Below are positions 62,237-64,000 of a stretch of 64,000 nt of DNA, piece by piece. This DNA is from an uncultured bacterium. GTDB taxonomy: Bacteria > Omnitrophota > Omnitrophia > Omnitrophales > Aquincolibacteriaceae. Under the pieces are notes generated by a model. It did not search any database. It had not been told where the DNA came from and saw only the letters and a list, made by a program, of their open reading frames with translations. The number at the start of each line of letters is the position of its first letter. Position 1 is the first letter of the stretch. The stretch covers positions 104,063 to 168,062 of the forward strand of contig CAYZYT010000004.1 of NCBI GenBank assembly GCA_964482725.1, in the 5' to 3' direction. The position numbers were made by a program, and so were the translations under genes.

Positions 62237-63571
62237 TTACTGTTTTCCCATTTCCAGAGAAGCGCTTACAGAAGGGTCGAGCGTCGTTTGAGCGTCTGGC
62301 GGGGAAGGAGGGTTGGAAGGAGAGGGGTCCGACTCCACCGCTAGATCCGCATCCGGGTTTTCAGGTGCTGCTGTTTCCATAGGAGCTTGCACCCCAACAG
62401 CCTGAATTTCCTTGCGCTTGGGGGCCGCTTCTTTTTCTGGCACAGTGGGCGGAAGGACTTTTTTCTCCGGTTTTTCTTTAGGGGTGTTTGAGATTATCCT
62501 TTCTCTTTTCAAAGGAATTTCAACAGCAGCTTTTATTTTGCTCGGGATCTCTTCCCGTCTTGCTTGGAATTTCGAAAAGCGAGGGTCCTTCTCGTCCAGG
62601 AAAATTTCTTTAGTGCCGGGCGGGATTCTCAAGATGAAATCCAGCGGGTCGATCGTGTCCAGAGCCGTGACCCGGGTGAAGAAGATCGCGCTGCCTTTTT
62701 TTGTTTCGGGAGATGAGATCGTGACCTTCTTCGGGAAAATGATCGAATCGTAGGAGCCAACATGACCCCGGAGTTCGCGAAAATCATAGCGCTGGATCTC
62801 CGTGACCGGTCGTTCCTTTGAATCATAAAAGAGCTCGCCGCGCACGTCACCCTCAGGCGTCAGGTAGAGTTTTCTCTCCAGTTTTCCCTCGTCTTCCTTC
62901 CGTCCATAAACATCCAGACTCGTGATCGCAGAATTGGTTCGTTCAACCTTGGTGCGACGAGGGTCAACGGCCATCGGCTTGAGCGCCCGGTAAAGATCGC
63001 GGGCCTTGAGATGACTTTCAATGTCCGGAGAATCCTCCAGGTCGAAGATGGATCCGTGATAGACCGTGTTCTGAGCGGGGAGGTAAAGGTCAAAGCGGCG
63101 ATCGAGTGTACGGAACACGAACATTAATTCTTGACGTGCATCGACGCAGGTGAGGAACATGCGCTCATCAAGGCGTTGATACAAAAGCTCTCCGCCGCAC
63201 ATGGCGTTCGGATCCCCTTCTTTTGCGAAAAAAAGAAGCACATCCGCGCGGATCGCGATCCAGCGATAATGGCGGGATGCGATCTTTTGGAGAAGGCCCT
63301 CCAGTTCAGCGCTCGGCGCTGTTTCCGCACGAGCCACAGCACTGAAATTTAGAAGAGAGAGGAAAAGGAAGATTAGAAAAAAGGAGCGCAATGCGCGGTC
63401 CCCATGCCGATCCATTGAAGCGAAGCGGCACCTGATTCTCTTTAATTTTAAAACAAAGGTAATCAGTGCCGTCCCAGTCGCCATGAATAAAAAGAAAAAA
63501 AGACTTGGACGGAAATGGGGGCCGCCCAGGTCGCCCTTAATAAAAGGGAAATAAAGACACGGGCCGGCCAT
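62237..63571 (-). CDS. Hypothetical secreted protein with a Pro/Glu/Lys-rich C-terminus.
   Basis: The start abuts the upstream stop (TAAATG), which suggests coupling. An alternative internal start is MDRHGDRALRSFFLIFLFLSLLNFSAVARA (signal peptide) at about 63414. Confidence 0.5.
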   Translation of the reverse strand: MAGPCLYFPFIKGDLGGPHFRPSLFFFLFMATGTALITFVLKLKRIRCRFASMDRHGDRALRSFFLIFLFLSLLNFSAVARAETAPSAELEGLLQKIASRHYRWIAIRADVLLFFAKEGDPNAMCGGELLYQRLDERMFLTCVDARQELMFVFRTLDRRFDLYLPAQNTVYHGSIFDLEDSPDIESHLKARDLYRALKPMAVDPRRTKVERTNSAITSLDVYGRKEDEGKLERKLYLTPEGDVRGELFYDSKERPVTEIQRYDFRELRGHVGSYDSIIFPKKVTISSPETKKGSAIFFTRVTALDTIDPLDFILRIPPGTKEIFLDEKDPRFSKFQARREEIPSKIKAAVEIPLKRERIISNTPKEKPEKKVLPPTVPEKEAAPKRKEIQAVGVQAPMETAAPENPDADLAVESDPSPSNPPSPPDAQTTLDPSVSASLEMGKQ

Positions 63572-64000
63572 TTAATTCCGAGGAGTTTCGGCGAGGATCT
63601 TTTTCGTGTGGAAGATGCGCTGGAGTGCGGTCGCGTGCGTGCCGACCACCAGGACCAGCAGTATCAACTTTAAAAGTGGAAAAACGAGCGTTCCCGCGAT
63701 CAAGAGCAGGATCCTTTCCGATCTCCCGAAGATGCCCACGCCGCAAGCTTTAATGAAATTTTCGGCGCGTGCCTTGGTATAGCTGATCACGAAGGAGCCC
63801 AGGAGGATACCGAGCGTGACGAAAAACCAAAAGATCTCTCCGTTACGGATAAAATAGGTCGCGAGCCCCGCAAATACAAAGAAATCAGAATAGCGATCCA
63901 CGACCGAATCCAGGAAGGCACCAAAGGGGCTTGCTTTTCCCGTGGAACGCGCCAAGGGGCCGTCGAGCAGGTCGGCCGCTCCGGCGATGAAAAGCATGAC
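63572..64000 (-). CDS. CDP-alcohol phosphatidyltransferase (pgsA-like), 3' part. The 5' end lies beyond the window.
   Basis: DG-x2-AR-x8-G-x3-D-x3-D motif: LLDGPLARSTGKASPFGAFLDSVVDRYSD. Confidence 0.7.
   Translation of the reverse strand, partial: VMLFIAGAADLLDGPLARSTGKASPFGAFLDSVVDRYSDFFVFAGLATYFIRNGEIFWFFVTLGILLGSFVISYTKARAENFIKACGVGIFGRSERILLLIAGTLVFPLLKLILLVLVVGTHATALQRIFHTKKILAETPRN

Overview
This is a GC-rich bacterial chromosomal window that I assign to an uncultivated lineage, and the assignment is speculative. The sequence has a high GC content, no recognisable phage or plasmid genes, and lineages such as Omnitrophota are known for giant genes. One third of the window is a single uninterrupted 21.4 kb ORF (541..21984, 7,147 aa). 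It encodes a signal-peptide/TM-anchored multi-enzyme giant protein whose recognisable domains are a FabD-like acyltransferase, GNAT, PP2C phosphatase, class-I SAM methyltransferase, Hanks-type Ser/Thr kinase, a second atypical kinase-like domain, an HTH and a GHKL ATPase. The ORF is punctuated by at least 16 in-frame copies of the pentapeptide R-S-E-[V/M/A/I]-R. These fall at the boundaries of the recognisable domains, and synonymous codon variation shows the peptide, not the DNA, is conserved. The chain therefore looks modular or polyprotein-like, possibly processed or phospho-regulated. This is the most interesting candidate for a new system. The rest of the window is housekeeping. It carries ychF, a 1,333-aa secreted coiled-coil protein, cysE, rnhA, pepA, rsmB, a SpoU-type methylase, pyrE, mutY, suhB, a TCA cluster (icd, hemerythrin-acnA, gltA), gapN and a complete Pho regulon (phoR-phoB, a porin, pstSCAB1B2, phoU, DUF47-pitA). 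Several families of small palindromic, MITE-like repeats are scattered through the window. Some sit in frame inside coding sequences: the giant gene, the rnhA start and the pstB1 N-terminus. Others lie in pst intergenic spacers. B. subtilis-type PhoP boxes (TTTACA-N5-TTTACA) precede the porin and pstS genes. I found no tRNA, rRNA, CRISPR array, integrase or transposase.
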